Shown in pieces: positions 7,966 through 17,749 of a stretch of 64,000 bases of DNA. The translations under genes and the position numbers were made by a program. Source of the stretch: Faecousia sp. (lineage in GTDB: Bacteria > Bacillota > Clostridia > Oscillospirales > Oscillospiraceae); the NCBI GenBank assembly GCA_045541695.1, contig JAZQJO010000036.1, positions 6,269 to 70,268 of the forward strand, read 5' to 3'. The notes under the pieces were generated by a model that saw only the letters and a list, made by a program, of their open reading frames with translations, ran no database searches and had not been told where the DNA came from. Numbering within the stretch: the first letter of the stretch is position 1; the number at the start of each line of letters is the position of its first letter.

Positions 7966-10716
7966 TTATTGCTCCATGCCGCCGGCAATATCTTTATCCC
8001 GGCAGCATTTTTTATACTTTTTGCCGCTGCCGCAGGGGCAGGGATCGTTGGGTCCCACTTTAGTCCCTTTATTGCGGATCGGCTGCTTTTTCACGGTGCC
8101 GTCCGGCGTGCCGGTGGCGGAGATCTCCTTGGCCACCTTCTGACGGCGCAGCTCCTGCTGGGGCCGCAGCTGCACCAGGAACACTCTTCTAATGGTCTCT
8201 TCCCGGATGGCACGGATCATGGCCTCGAACATTTCGAAACCCTCTTCCTTGTAGGCAATGACCGGGTCATGCTGACCGTAGGCCCGCAGACCGATGCCCT
8301 GCTTCAGATCGTCCATGGCATCGATGTGATCCATCCAGTATTCGTCCACCACCCGGAGCATGACCACACGCTCCAGCTCCCGCATAACGGGCACGGTCAG
8401 CGCCTCTTCCTTCTTCTCATAGAAACGGACGGCTTCTTCGTAGATCTCGTCTGCCAGAGCATCTGCCTTGGCAGCACGGATCTCCAGCACGCCCTTGGGG
8501 AAGAACACGCCCTCAAACTGGCTCAGCACCTGCGGGACGCTCTCCGGGCTGACAATGCCGCCGAATTCTCCCAAAGCGGAGGTGACAGTGGTATCCACAT
8601 AGGTGCGCAGCATGCTCAGCATATTCTCCCGCAGGTCCTCGCCCTCCAGCACCTTTCTGCGCTGGGCGTAGATGACCTCACGCTGGGTGTTCATCACATC
8701 GTCGTATTCCAGAACGCTCTTGCGGACACGGAAATTTCTGCCTTCCACGCTCTTCTGGGCATTTTCCACGGCGTTGGAGAGAATTCTGGCATCGATGGGC
8801 GTATCCTCATCCAGACCCAGGCTGTCCATCATGCCCATGATCCGGTCAGAGGAGAACAGGCGCATCAGATCGTCCTGCAGGCTCAGGTAGAACCGGCTTG
8901 CGCCGGGGTCGCCCTGACGGCCGGAACGGCCACGGAGCTGATTGTCGATACGGCGGGATTCATGGCGCTCCGTGCCGATGATATAAAGACCGCCGGCCTC
9001 CTTGACCTGCACAGCCTCCTGTGCGATCTGGGCCTTATAGTGGCGCAGAAGCTCCTCGTACTTTTTCCGCACAGCCAAAATTTCCGGATCGGTGGTTTCC
9101 GCATAAGAATCCGCCTCTGCCAAAAGCTCCTCGGGCATATCGGTCTTGCGCAGATCGCTCTTGGCAAGAAATTCTGCGTTGCCGCCCAGCACGATATCCG
9201 TACCACGTCCTGCCATATTGGTGGCGATGGTCACCGCGCCGAATTTGCCCGCCTGGGCAACAATCTGGGCTTCCATTTCGTGATACTTGGCATTCAGCAC
9301 ATTGTGCTTGATGCCCTCTTTTTTCAGCAGTTTGCTGAGGATCTCGCTCTTTTCAATAGAGATCGTACCCACCAGAACAGGCTGGCCCTTGGCGTTGCAC
9401 TGCTTCACCTGCTCCACAATGGCACGGAACTTGCCGGCCTCGGTCTTGTAGACCACATCCGTATGGTCCAGACGGGCAACCGGCTTATTGGTGGGGATCT
9501 CCACCACGTCCAGCTGATAAATGGCTTCAAATTCCGCCTCTTCCGTCAGCGCCGTACCGGTCATGCCGGAGAGCTTATCGTAAAGACGGAAGAAATTCTG
9601 GAAGGTGATGGTGGCAAGGGTCTTGCTCTCGCCTGCCACGGTGACCTTTTCCTTGGCTTCGATGGCCTGGTGCAGACCCTCGTTGTAGCGGCGGCCGTAC
9701 ATCAGTCGTCCGGTAAATTCGTCAACGATGATGATCTCGCCGTCCTTGACCACATAATCGATATCCCGCTTCATGATGCCCCGGGCCTTCATGGCCTGGT
9801 TGATATGGTGGGAAAGGGTGGTATTTTCCGCATCGGACAGGTTTTCCACGCCGAAGAAGCGCTCCGCCTTGGCAATGCCTTCCGCGGTCAGGGAAACAGA
9901 GCGGCTTTTTTCGTCCACGAAATAGTCGCAATCGTAATTATCCTGCACTTCCTTTTCGTCGGTCTTGGCAAAAACCTGCTTGCGCAATGTGGCAACGAAG
10001 GCATCTGCCATTTCATAGAGCTTGCTGGAATCCTCACCCTTGCCGGAAATGATCAGCGGGGTTCTTGCTTCGTCGATCAAAATGGAGTCCACCTCGTCCA
10101 CGATGGCAAAATGGTAGCCCCGCTGGACCTGCTCTGCTTTGTAAATGGACATATTGTCACGCAGATAGTCGAAGCCCAGCTCGTTATTGGTGCAGTAGGT
10201 GATGTCTGCAGCATAGCTTTCCCGGCGCTCCTTCGGCTCCATGCCGGGAACGATCAGGCCTACGCGCAGACCCATATAGCGATAGACTTTGCCCATCCAC
10301 TCGGAGTCACGCTTGGCAAGGTATTCGTTGACGGTGACCACGTGGACGCCCTTGCCGGTGAGGGCGTTGAGGTAGCAGGGCAAAATGGCAACCAGGGTCT
10401 TGCCTTCGCCGGTCTTCATTTCGGCGATCCGTCCCTGATGCAAAATGATGCCGCCGATGATCTGCACCGGGTAAGGGCGCATGCCCAGCACCCGGTCAGC
10501 CGCTTCCCGGATGGCAGCAAATGCCTCGGGCAGCAGCTCGTCCAGCGTTTCTCCCTTTTCCAGCCGATCCTTAAACTCGGCGGTCTTTGCCTTCAGCGCA
10601 TCTTCGGACAATTCTTTATAGCTTTCCTCCAGAGAAAGCACCTTGTCCACCAAAGGCTGTATTTTCTTCAGTTCCCGCTGAGAACGGGTACCGAACAGCT
10701 TTGTCATCAATCCCAT
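7966..10716 (-). CDS. secA: Preprotein translocase ATPase SecA
   Basis: [40 protein letters not shown] and a C-terminal [13 protein letters not shown]. Confidence 0.99.
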   Translation of the reverse strand: MGLMTKLFGTRSQRELKKIQPLVDKVLSLEESYKELSEDALKAKTAEFKDRLEKGETLDELLPEAFAAIREAADRVLGMRPYPVQIIGGIILHQGRIAEMKTGEGKTLVAILPCYLNALTGKGVHVVTVNEYLAKRDSEWMGKVYRYMGLRVGLIVPGMEPKERRESYAADITYCTNNELGFDYLRDNMSIYKAEQVQRGYHFAIVDEVDSILIDEARTPLIISGKGEDSSKLYEMADAFVATLRKQVFAKTDEKEVQDNYDCDYFVDEKSRSVSLTAEGIAKAERFFGVENLSDAENTTLSHHINQAMKARGIMKRDIDYVVKDGEIIIVDEFTGRLMYGRRYNEGLHQAIEAKEKVTVAGESKTLATITFQNFFRLYDKLSGMTGTALTEEAEFEAIYQLDVVEIPTNKPVARLDHTDVVYKTEAGKFRAIVEQVKQCNAKGQPVLVGTISIEKSEILSKLLKKEGIKHNVLNAKYHEMEAQIVAQAGKFGAVTIATNMAGRGTDIVLGGNAEFLAKSDLRKTDMPEELLAEADSYAETTDPEILAVRKKYEELLRHYKAQIAQEAVQVKEAGGLYIIGTERHESRRIDNQLRGRSGRQGDPGASRFYLSLQDDLMRLFSSDRIMGMMDSLGLDEDTPIDARILSNAVENAQKSVEGRNFRVRKSVLEYDDVMNTQREVIYAQRRKVLEGEDLRENMLSMLRTYVDTTVTSALGEFGGIVSPESVPQVLSQFEGVFFPKGVLEIRAAKADALADEIYEEAVRFYEKKEEALTVPVMRELERVVMLRVVDEYWMDHIDAMDDLKQGIGLRAYGQHDPVIAYKEEGFEMFEAMIRAIREETIRRVFLVQLRPQQELRRQKVAKEISATGTPDGTVKKQPIRNKGTKVGPNDPCPCGSGKKYKKCCRDKDIAGGMEQ

Positions 10717-10923
10717 GGGTATCTCCTTTGCTTATCGAAACATATAAATGGCAATATCAAACCTATTTTAAGCATTATACCATATAATTTCAAAAAATCA
10801 TAGCCTGTTTTTGAATTTTTCCCCGGGAAGAATCGACACCTTTCACCTTCCCCACGGGAGAAGCCTTTTTGTGCGTCATTGAAAACTTGCAACAAAAAAC
10901 ACCCTTGCTAGCAGCAAGGGTGT

Positions 10924-11124
10924 TCACTCTTCAACAAATTCGATAATATCATTGGGCGTGCAGTTAAGAACTGCGCACAGCTTTTCAAGGGTGTTCATGG
11001 TAATGGATTTGTTGCGCTTGAGATTGGTGATCGTATATGCGCTGAAACCCTTTTTATAGATCAGCGTATAGGTGGTCACACCACGCTTTTTCATCGTTTC
11101 CCACAACGGACGGTAGCTGATCAT
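10924..11124 (-). CDS. Small Cro/C1 (XRE, HTH_26-like) regulator, similar to 3608-3817
   Basis: MISYRPLWETMKKRGVTTY...TLEKLCAVLNCTPNDII; AAAGGGG RBS. Confidence 0.9.
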   Translation of the reverse strand: MISYRPLWETMKKRGVTTYTLIYKKGFSAYTITNLKRNKSITMNTLEKLCAVLNCTPNDIIEFVEE

Positions 11125-11233
11125 ATATGCACCCCTTTCTTTCGAGTTGCTTATATTATCCACCGAAAATTACGACTTGAATATTAGCAAATTTTTGCCT
11201 ATACTATATTATCCTGTTTTAAGGAGGACACCA

Positions 11234-11368
11234 ATGTGGAATGGATAGAGAAAGCTGCTTTTTCAGCGTGCGCTGAAAAAGCGGGCCATTGCCCGGCTGC
11301 AGCGGCAAGTGGCTCAAATCGACCAAAAACTGTGCGTCATTGACAAGGGACCAAACAATTCGTTATAA
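11234..11368 (+). pseudogene. Possible disrupted small ORF divergent from the XRE gene
   Basis: A strong AAGGAGG RBS precedes ATG-TGG-AAT-GGA-TAG; the frame continues RKLLFQRALKKRAIARLQRQVAQIDQKL to TAA at 11368. Confidence 0.35.
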
Positions 11369-11369
11369 T
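11340..11369 (+). promoter_or_regulatory. Consensus sigma-A promoter of the two-component operon
   Basis: TTGACA-18 bp-TATAAT. Confidence 0.75.
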
Positions 11370-11442
11370 AAATGCAATAATTTCAGTTTCATTTCAGCCC
11401 GCTGCGATATGATAAAGGCAGAAAAAAACCGGAGGTTTTGCT

Positions 11443-12114
11443 ATGAAAATTCTGCTGATTGAAGATGAAGCGCTGCTTGCCGAATCCCTCAAGGCGCTGC
11501 TTACCGCCAAAGGCTTTTCGGTGGAAGCCGTTCACGACGGTGAGACCGGCGCGCAGTACGCCCTGCTGGGCATTTACGATCTTTTGATCCTGGACGTGAT
11601 GATGCCCGGTCTGAACGGCTTTCAGGTGGCACGGCAGGTGCGCAGCCAGCGCTGCGGCGTTCCTATTTTGATGCTGACGGCAAAATCCGACGTGACAGAC
11701 CGGATCGAGGGTCTCAACGCCGGCGCAGATTATTATTTGACAAAACCCTTTGATTCCCGGGAGCTGCTTGCCTGCATCAATGCCCTTTTGCGGCGGCAGG
11801 GAACGCAGGTAGAGCAGATCAACTTCGGCAATACCGACCTGGATCTGTCCTCCGGCATTTTGCGGTGCGGCGACAAATCGGTGCGGCTTTCCGCCCGGGA
11901 ATTTGACGTTATGCGCCTGCTGCTGCAAAGCGGCGGACGGAATTTATCGAAAGAAGTGATCCTCAGCCGTGTCTGGGGCTACGACTCCAATGCGGTGGAA
12001 AACCATGTGGAGGTCTATGTGGGCTTCCTGCGGAAAAAGCTCCGGGCCATCGGCTCCAACATCCGCATCGACGCCGTGCGGCGGCTGGGTTATCATCTGG
12101 AGGTGGAAGAATGA
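11443..12114 (+). CDS. OmpR-family response regulator
   Basis: LLIEDE, LILDVMMP, GADYYLTKPF and a winged-helix C-terminus. Confidence 0.95.
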   Translation: MKILLIEDEALLAESLKALLTAKGFSVEAVHDGETGAQYALLGIYDLLILDVMMPGLNGFQVARQVRSQRCGVPILMLTAKSDVTDRIEGLNAGADYYLTKPFDSRELLACINALLRRQGTQVEQINFGNTDLDLSSGILRCGDKSVRLSAREFDVMRLLLQSGGRNLSKEVILSRVWGYDSNAVENHVEVYVGFLRKKLRAIGSNIRIDAVRRLGYHLEVEE

Positions 12115-13328
12115 TCAAACGTCTTCGCTGGAAGCTTGTTGGTATCAACATGGCTCTGGCGCTGGCTATGCTCGCCGTTATTTTCGTTTTGGTGTATCAG
12201 TTTACCGCAGCGGATCTGCAAAAGACCGAGGAGGCCGCCCTGAAGACCGCCGCCATGACCAAGCCACGGCCGGACGCTCCGGGCAATTTGGGCGGCACGA
12301 TCCCCTGCTTTACCCTGCGGCTCACCGGGCCGGGATTTTTGGTGGCTGCCGGCAGCGACGCCTATGATCTAAGCGACATGGATGCGCTGTGGCAACTGTA
12401 TAACCTGGCGCTGGAAACAGGCGAAAAAACCGGCACTTTGCGGCAGTACGGCCTGCGGTTTTACCGCAGCGACGGGCCGGAAGGAATTGTGGTCGCCTTC
12501 ACCGACACCGCCTATACCGACAGCACCCTGCAAGGTCTTTTACAGACCTTTACCTGGATCGGCGCAGTGAGCATTCTTGGTTTTTTCGGCATCAGCGTAT
12601 TGCTTGCCCGGTGGGCAGTGCGGCCGGTGGCAAAGTCCTGGGCGCAGCAGCAGCAATTCGTCGCCGATGCTTCCCACGAGCTGAAAACGCCGCTGACGGT
12701 GATCCTCACCAACGCAGAGCTGCTGCAGCAGGCGGAATATTCTCCCAAGGAAAAGGGGCGTTTTGCGGAAAACATACTCACCATGAGCCGGCAAATGCGC
12801 CATCTGGTGGAAAATCTTTTGCAGCTTGCCCGGGCGGACAACGGCCAGACCCAGGCTGCGCAAAGCTGTCTGGATCTGAGCAGCCTTGTGGAAAATGCGC
12901 TGCTTCCTTTTGAGCCGGCCTATTTTGAGCAGGGTCTGATGCTGGACAGCCGTATTGCGCCGGACATCCGGGTCCTGGGCTGCCGGCAGCAGCTGCAGCA
13001 GGTGGTGGACATTCTGCTGGACAACGGACTGAAATACGCCGCTCCCGGTTCTCAGGTGGTGCTTTCTCTGGATCACTCCGGCAGAGGAAAATGTCTGCTG
13101 ACAGTCTTCACGCCGGGTCAGCCTCTTTCTGAGGCCGCCTGCCGGGACATTTTCAAGCGGTTCTACCGCCTGGACGAGGCCCGCACCGACCGCAGCAGCT
13201 ACGGCTTGGGTCTTTCCATCGCCCAGGGGATCGTGCAGCAGCACAAAGGCCAGATCTGGGCCCAGGGCTTCCCCGCCGGCAACGCATTTTACGTCAGCCT
13301 GCCCCAGCTTGGCAAAACCGGGAATTGA
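12111..13328 (+). CDS. Sensor histidine kinase
   Basis: Two TM segments, H-box ASHELKTPL, N-box LLDNGLKY and G2 GLGLSIA. Confidence 0.95.
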   Translation: MIKRLRWKLVGINMALALAMLAVIFVLVYQFTAADLQKTEEAALKTAAMTKPRPDAPGNLGGTIPCFTLRLTGPGFLVAAGSDAYDLSDMDALWQLYNLALETGEKTGTLRQYGLRFYRSDGPEGIVVAFTDTAYTDSTLQGLLQTFTWIGAVSILGFFGISVLLARWAVRPVAKSWAQQQQFVADASHELKTPLTVILTNAELLQQAEYSPKEKGRFAENILTMSRQMRHLVENLLQLARADNGQTQAAQSCLDLSSLVENALLPFEPAYFEQGLMLDSRIAPDIRVLGCRQQLQQVVDILLDNGLKYAAPGSQVVLSLDHSGRGKCLLTVFTPGQPLSEAACRDIFKRFYRLDEARTDRSSYGLGLSIAQGIVQQHKGQIWAQGFPAGNAFYVSLPQLGKTGN

Positions 13329-13334
13329 ATATAA

Positions 13335-13452
13335 GCCTCCCTTGCCTAAAGGGAGGGGGACCGCGCAAGCGGTGGAGGGATATATCGCCTTGTAGCACAC
13401 TATCCCCCAGTCTGCCCTACCGGGCAGCCAGCCCCCTTTAGGCAAGGGGGCC
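13335..13452. repeat. Gene-less two-arm palindromic element, copy 2 (divergent)
   Basis: B arm GCCTCCCTT-GCCTA-AAGGGAGG-GGGACCGC-GCAA-GCGGTGG-AGGGATA and an inverted A arm TATCCCCCAGTCTGCCC...AGCCCCCTT-TAGGC-AAGGGGGCC. Confidence 0.8.
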
Positions 13453-13547
13453 TTTTTTATTTTAGAAAAATTCACATGTAGTACTGGAACTTGTGGGGCA
13501 GATATGATATAATGCCCGTAAGTATACCATTATGGAGAGAAATCGTT

Positions 13548-15641
13548 ATGATCGAACTTGTGGCGCCTGCCGGGTCCATGGAAGCGCTGCGTGCCGCCGT
13601 GCAAAACGGCGCCAATGCGGTTTATCTGGGCTGCAGCATTTTTAACGCCCGCCAGGGCGCAAAAAATTTCACAGTCCAAATGCTGACGGAAGCGGTGAAA
13701 TACTGCCATATCCGGGGCGTAGCGGTGCACCTGACCCTAAACACCCTGGTCTCCGACCGGGAGACTGAGGAGCTGTGCGAGCTGATCCGCCAGGCCGCCG
13801 CCAGCGGCGTGGACGCCTTTATCGTGCAGGATCTGGGTGTGGCGGAGCTTTGCCGCAAGATCGCTCCGGGCGTGGAGCTGCACGGCTCTACCCAAATGTC
13901 TGTCCACTCTCTGCCCGGTGTGCTGCTGTGCGCTGCTATGGGCATGAAGCGGGTGGTGCTCAGCCGGGAGCTGGGTCACGACGAGATCCTTTATATTTGC
14001 AAACATTCTCCTATCGAGATCGAGGTTTTCGCCCACGGCGCACTGTGCATGAGCTATTCCGGCCAATGCTATCTGTCCGCTGCCATCGGCGGCCGCTCCG
14101 GCAACCGTGGCCGCTGCGCCCAACCCTGCCGGAAGAGCTATGGCTACGGCCGTCGGGAAGACAATAAATATCCGCTGAGCCTGAAGGACAACTGTTTGAT
14201 CGGCCATTTGCAGGAGCTGCAGCAGATGGGCGTTGCCTCCATTAAGCTGGAAGGCCGGATGAAGCGTCCGGAATATGTGGCGGCGGTCACCGGTGTCTAT
14301 CGCAAGGCCCTGGACGAGGTCACCGTCACCGAGGATATGAAGCGCACCCTCATGGCCTCTTTTAACCGCCAGGGCTTTACCGACGGTTATTATACCGGCC
14401 GCATTGGAAGTGCCATGTTTGGCGTCCGGGAAGATAAATACGACGACCACAAATGGCTCCAGGAGATCCGCCAGAGCTACGAAAACACGGAAAACAGCCT
14501 TGTTCCCGTCCGTTTTCAGGCGGTCATTTCCTCACAGGGCTGCTCCCTTGCCGTCACAGACCCGGAGGGTCGCAGCTGCAAGGCCATCGGTCCTCGGGCA
14601 GAGTTTGCCCGGAATGTACCGCTGACCCGGGAAGCCCTGGCTTCCCGGCTGGAAAAGACCGGCGGCACGCCCTATATCTGCGAGGATACAGATATTTACA
14701 TCGAGCAGGGTGTCACTTTGTCCGCCGCAGACATCAATGCTCTGCGCCGGGATGCGCTGAATCAGCTGACCGCTTTGCGTGCCCGCCGGGAGCGCCCTGT
14801 TTTGCACAAAACACCCAGGATCCCCACCCATCCCGGCAACAAGGATCTGCCCGGTCTGACCGTACAGGTGACCACCCGGGAGCAGATCACACCCAAGCTG
14901 CTGCGGATGAAGCCGGAGGTTTTGTATGTGCCTTTGCACATTCTGGCGCTGGATCCTCTTTTCTGCCGTGAGTTGACCGCCAAAGCCCATGTGGCGGCGG
15001 TGCTGCCCCGGATTGTTCACGACAATGAGCTGCCCCGGCTGAAAGAGGATCTGATGCTGCTGCGGGACAACGGCATCCGGGAGGTGCTGGCAGGCAATTT
15101 GGGCCTGCTGCTGCCCGCCCGGGAAGCACGGCTGGGCATCCGTGGCGATTTCGGTTTGAATCTTTACAATTCCGGCGCTGTCAATCTGATGCGGGATATA
15201 GATCTGCTCTCCGCAACGCTGAGCTTCGAAATGACCCTGCCTCAGATCCGGGACGTGAGCAAAGCCGTGCCCTGCGAGATCTTCGCCTATGGCCGGCTGC
15301 CGCTGATGATCACGGAAAACTGTCTGATCCGGGGTCGCACCGGAAGCTGCACCTGCAATCTGACCACCGGCAAACTGGTGGATAAGACCGGCGCAGATTT
15401 CCCCATTATCAAAGACGGCGACAAGTGCCGCTCCGTGCTGCTCAACGGCCAGAAGCTCTACTGGCTGGACCGGCAGAAGGACCTGCGAAAGCTGGGTCTG
15501 TGGGCGCTGCGGCTGTATTTTACCACAGAAAACGCCAAAGAGGTAGACAGCGTCCTGTCTGCCTGGCACGAGCCCCTGCCCTTTGACCCCGGCGCCTACA
15601 CCAGAGGCCTTTACCTGCGGGGTCTGGACGGAAACCGGTAA
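13548..15641 (+). CDS. Peptidase U32 family protein with a DUF3656-like extension (RlhA-like RNA hydroxylation family)
   Basis: ELVAPAG, HGALCMSYSGQC, NRGRCAQPCR and KLEGRMK motifs. Confidence 0.88.
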   Translation: MIELVAPAGSMEALRAAVQNGANAVYLGCSIFNARQGAKNFTVQMLTEAVKYCHIRGVAVHLTLNTLVSDRETEELCELIRQAAASGVDAFIVQDLGVAELCRKIAPGVELHGSTQMSVHSLPGVLLCAAMGMKRVVLSRELGHDEILYICKHSPIEIEVFAHGALCMSYSGQCYLSAAIGGRSGNRGRCAQPCRKSYGYGRREDNKYPLSLKDNCLIGHLQELQQMGVASIKLEGRMKRPEYVAAVTGVYRKALDEVTVTEDMKRTLMASFNRQGFTDGYYTGRIGSAMFGVREDKYDDHKWLQEIRQSYENTENSLVPVRFQAVISSQGCSLAVTDPEGRSCKAIGPRAEFARNVPLTREALASRLEKTGGTPYICEDTDIYIEQGVTLSAADINALRRDALNQLTALRARRERPVLHKTPRIPTHPGNKDLPGLTVQVTTREQITPKLLRMKPEVLYVPLHILALDPLFCRELTAKAHVAAVLPRIVHDNELPRLKEDLMLLRDNGIREVLAGNLGLLLPAREARLGIRGDFGLNLYNSGAVNLMRDIDLLSATLSFEMTLPQIRDVSKAVPCEIFAYGRLPLMITENCLIRGRTGSCTCNLTTGKLVDKTGADFPIIKDGDKCRSVLLNGQKLYWLDRQKDLRKLGLWALRLYFTTENAKEVDSVLSAWHEPLPFDPGAYTRGLYLRGLDGNR

Positions 15642-15662
15642 GACCCCAATAAATTCAAAATC

Positions 15663-15715
15663 CGTCGCCTCAGGCGACACCTTAATTCTCAATCCTCCAT
15701 TGTCAATTATCTATT
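15663..15715 (-). repeat. Heptamer tandem repeat plus hairpin element, copy 2
   Basis: Minus strand reads AATAGAT AATTGAC AATGGAG GATTGAG AATT-AAGG-TGTCGCC-TGA-GGCGAC. Confidence 0.7.
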
Positions 15716-15731
15716 TGAAAGGAACGCGATC

Positions 15732-16298
15732 ATGGCATTGATCCTTGCCTCCCAATCTCCCCGGCGAAAAGAGCTTTTGGGACTTTTTCATATTCCCTTC
15801 ACCGTCCGGGTGGCGGATATCGATGAGACCATAGATCCGGACAAGACACCTGCCGAAGCGGTAGGGCTGGTCAGCCGGCGCAAAGCGCTGGCCATTCCCC
15901 GGGAGACGGGCGACACGGTGATCGCCGCCGATACGGTGGTGGTCTGCGCAGGTAAGATCCTGGGCAAGCCCCACAGCGAGGCGGAAGCCGAAGAAATGCT
16001 GACCCTGCTTTCCGGCAGAGACCACCAGGTCATGACCGGTGTAACTGTTTTGCAAGGCGACCGGATCGAGACCCGCACCGAGGTGACGGATATCCATTTC
16101 CGGGAGCTTTCCCGGGCAGAGATCCTTGCCTACATCCGCACCGGTGAGCCCATGGACAAGGCCGGCGCTTACGGCATTCAGGGCGGTGCCGCTCTGTTTG
16201 CGGAGAAAATGCACGGCGACTACTATAACGTTATGGGGCTTCCGGTCTGCACCCTTTGGAAGATGCTGAAGGCCATCGCCCCGGAATTGCTGAACTGA
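15732..16298 (+). CDS. maf: Maf-family nucleotide pyrophosphatase
   Basis: LILASQSPRR, AADTVV, GKP and DKAGAYGIQG motifs. Confidence 0.95.
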   Translation: MALILASQSPRRKELLGLFHIPFTVRVADIDETIDPDKTPAEAVGLVSRRKALAIPRETGDTVIAADTVVVCAGKILGKPHSEAEAEEMLTLLSGRDHQVMTGVTVLQGDRIETRTEVTDIHFRELSRAEILAYIRTGEPMDKAGAYGIQGGAALFAEKMHGDYYNVMGLPVCTLWKMLKAIAPELLN

Positions 16299-16332
16299 CA
16301 ACAAACATCACCCCAACGAGTGAGGAAACGAT

Positions 16333-17163
16333 ATGAAGCACTTTTTTACCACAAAAGTAAAGGCGGCGCTGATCATTGCCGTGCTGCTGGCTGCTGCGCT
16401 GGCTGTGATCGGCAATCTCACCGGCCTGACGCTGCCGGAAATGCTGGTGCAGGGCATTTTGACCCCGCTGCGCACCGGCGCAAGCTCCCTGACTACCCAA
16501 GCGGAGCGCTTTTATGACTATATCTTCCGCTACGAAGCTTTGGAAGCGGAAAACGCCGCTTTGAAAGAACAGCTGGCCCAAATGGAGGATGCCGCCCGGG
16601 AAGCCGATTCCGTATCCCGGGAAAATGACCGTCTCCGGGCTCTGCTGGAGCTGAAAAGCGCCCACGAGGACTTTGAGCTGGTGGACGGTTACATCATCTC
16701 CTGGAGCTCCCAGGACTGGACCAGCTCCTTCACCGTCAACCGTGGCAGCTCCTCCGGCATCGGCGAGGGTATGTGCGTCATCACCGCCAACGGCGAGGTG
16801 GTGGGCCTAGTAACGGAAGTGGGCAGCAATTACTGTGTGGTCAAGACCATTCTGGACTCCTCCCTACAGATCAGCGCCACCATCGCCTCCTCCGGCCACA
16901 GCGGCATCGTCCAGGGCGGCTACAGCACCGACAAGGCAGGGCTGCTGCGCATGGACTATCTGCCCACCTCTGCCGTAGTGCTGAGTAATGATCAGGTAGT
17001 CACCGCAGGCTCTACCATCTATCCCCGGAATCTGATTTTGGGACACGTGGTGGATGCCGGCTTTACCGAAAGCGGCGTGGCTATGTACGCCCTTTTGAAG
17101 CCTGCGGCGGATATTTCCCGCCTGGAGCAGGTGTTTATCCTTACGGAATTTGATGCGGGGTAA
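16333..17163 (+). CDS. mreC: Rod shape-determining protein MreC
   Basis: N-terminal TM segment, coiled coil ENDRLRALL and beta-rich C-terminus; context maf-mreC-mreD-PBP. Confidence 0.9.
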   Translation: MKHFFTTKVKAALIIAVLLAAALAVIGNLTGLTLPEMLVQGILTPLRTGASSLTTQAERFYDYIFRYEALEAENAALKEQLAQMEDAAREADSVSRENDRLRALLELKSAHEDFELVDGYIISWSSQDWTSSFTVNRGSSSGIGEGMCVITANGEVVGLVTEVGSNYCVVKTILDSSLQISATIASSGHSGIVQGGYSTDKAGLLRMDYLPTSAVVLSNDQVVTAGSTIYPRNLILGHVVDAGFTESGVAMYALLKPAADISRLEQVFILTEFDAG

Positions 17164-17167
17164 GACC

Positions 17168-17749
17168 ATGTTTGGACGAAAACGGGAATTTAAGCCGGAC
17201 CGCCCCTTTTCCGGCATCCTCAGCAAGCTTTATATCACACCGAAGCAGCGGCGCAGCTTGCTCAAATGGCTGCTGCTGACGGTGGTACTGCTGGGCGTGA
17301 GCCTTTTGCAGGACGTGATCATGAGCCGGGTGCGCATTTTCGGCACCACAACGGATCTGCTTGCCTGCGCCATCATTATGGCCTGCATCATTCAAGATCC
17401 TGAAACAGGCTGCGTGTTCGCTTTGGTCAGCTCGTTTCTTTACTTTTGCTCCGGTACATCGCCCGGAAGCTATGTCATCGCTCTGCTCACCGGCATTGCC
17501 GTGCTGGCAAGCATCGTGCGCCAGTGCTATCTGCGTAAGGGCTTCGGCTCAACCATGCTTTGCACCGGCTGCGCCATTGTGCTTTATGAAATGATCCTGT
17601 TTTTTGCCGGGCTGTTTTTGGGTACTATCCCAATGTCCCGGCTGGGCGCGTTTTTCATCACCGCAGTGCTTTCCATGGCGGTGATGCCCGCGCTGTACCC
17701 AATCGTGTTATCCATTGAGAAAATCGGAGGCGAAGCATGGAAAGAATAA
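17168..17749 (+). CDS. mreD: MreD-like membrane protein
   Basis: Multi-TM hydrophobic protein between mreC and PBP2. Confidence 0.75.
   Translation: MFGRKREFKPDRPFSGILSKLYITPKQRRSLLKWLLLTVVLLGVSLLQDVIMSRVRIFGTTTDLLACAIIMACIIQDPETGCVFALVSSFLYFCSGTSPGSYVIALLTGIAVLASIVRQCYLRKGFGSTMLCTGCAIVLYEMILFFAGLFLGTIPMSRLGAFFITAVLSMAVMPALYPIVLSIEKIGGEAWKE

Noticed and set aside
7735-10803. 1022-aa plus-strand ORF, and similar long antisense ORFs (17584-19782, 35109-37538, 39247-41391, 58174-60831, 60898-63168)
   Set aside because: These are shadow frames opposite well-supported genes, expected from GC-biased codon usage. They show no recognisable motifs.
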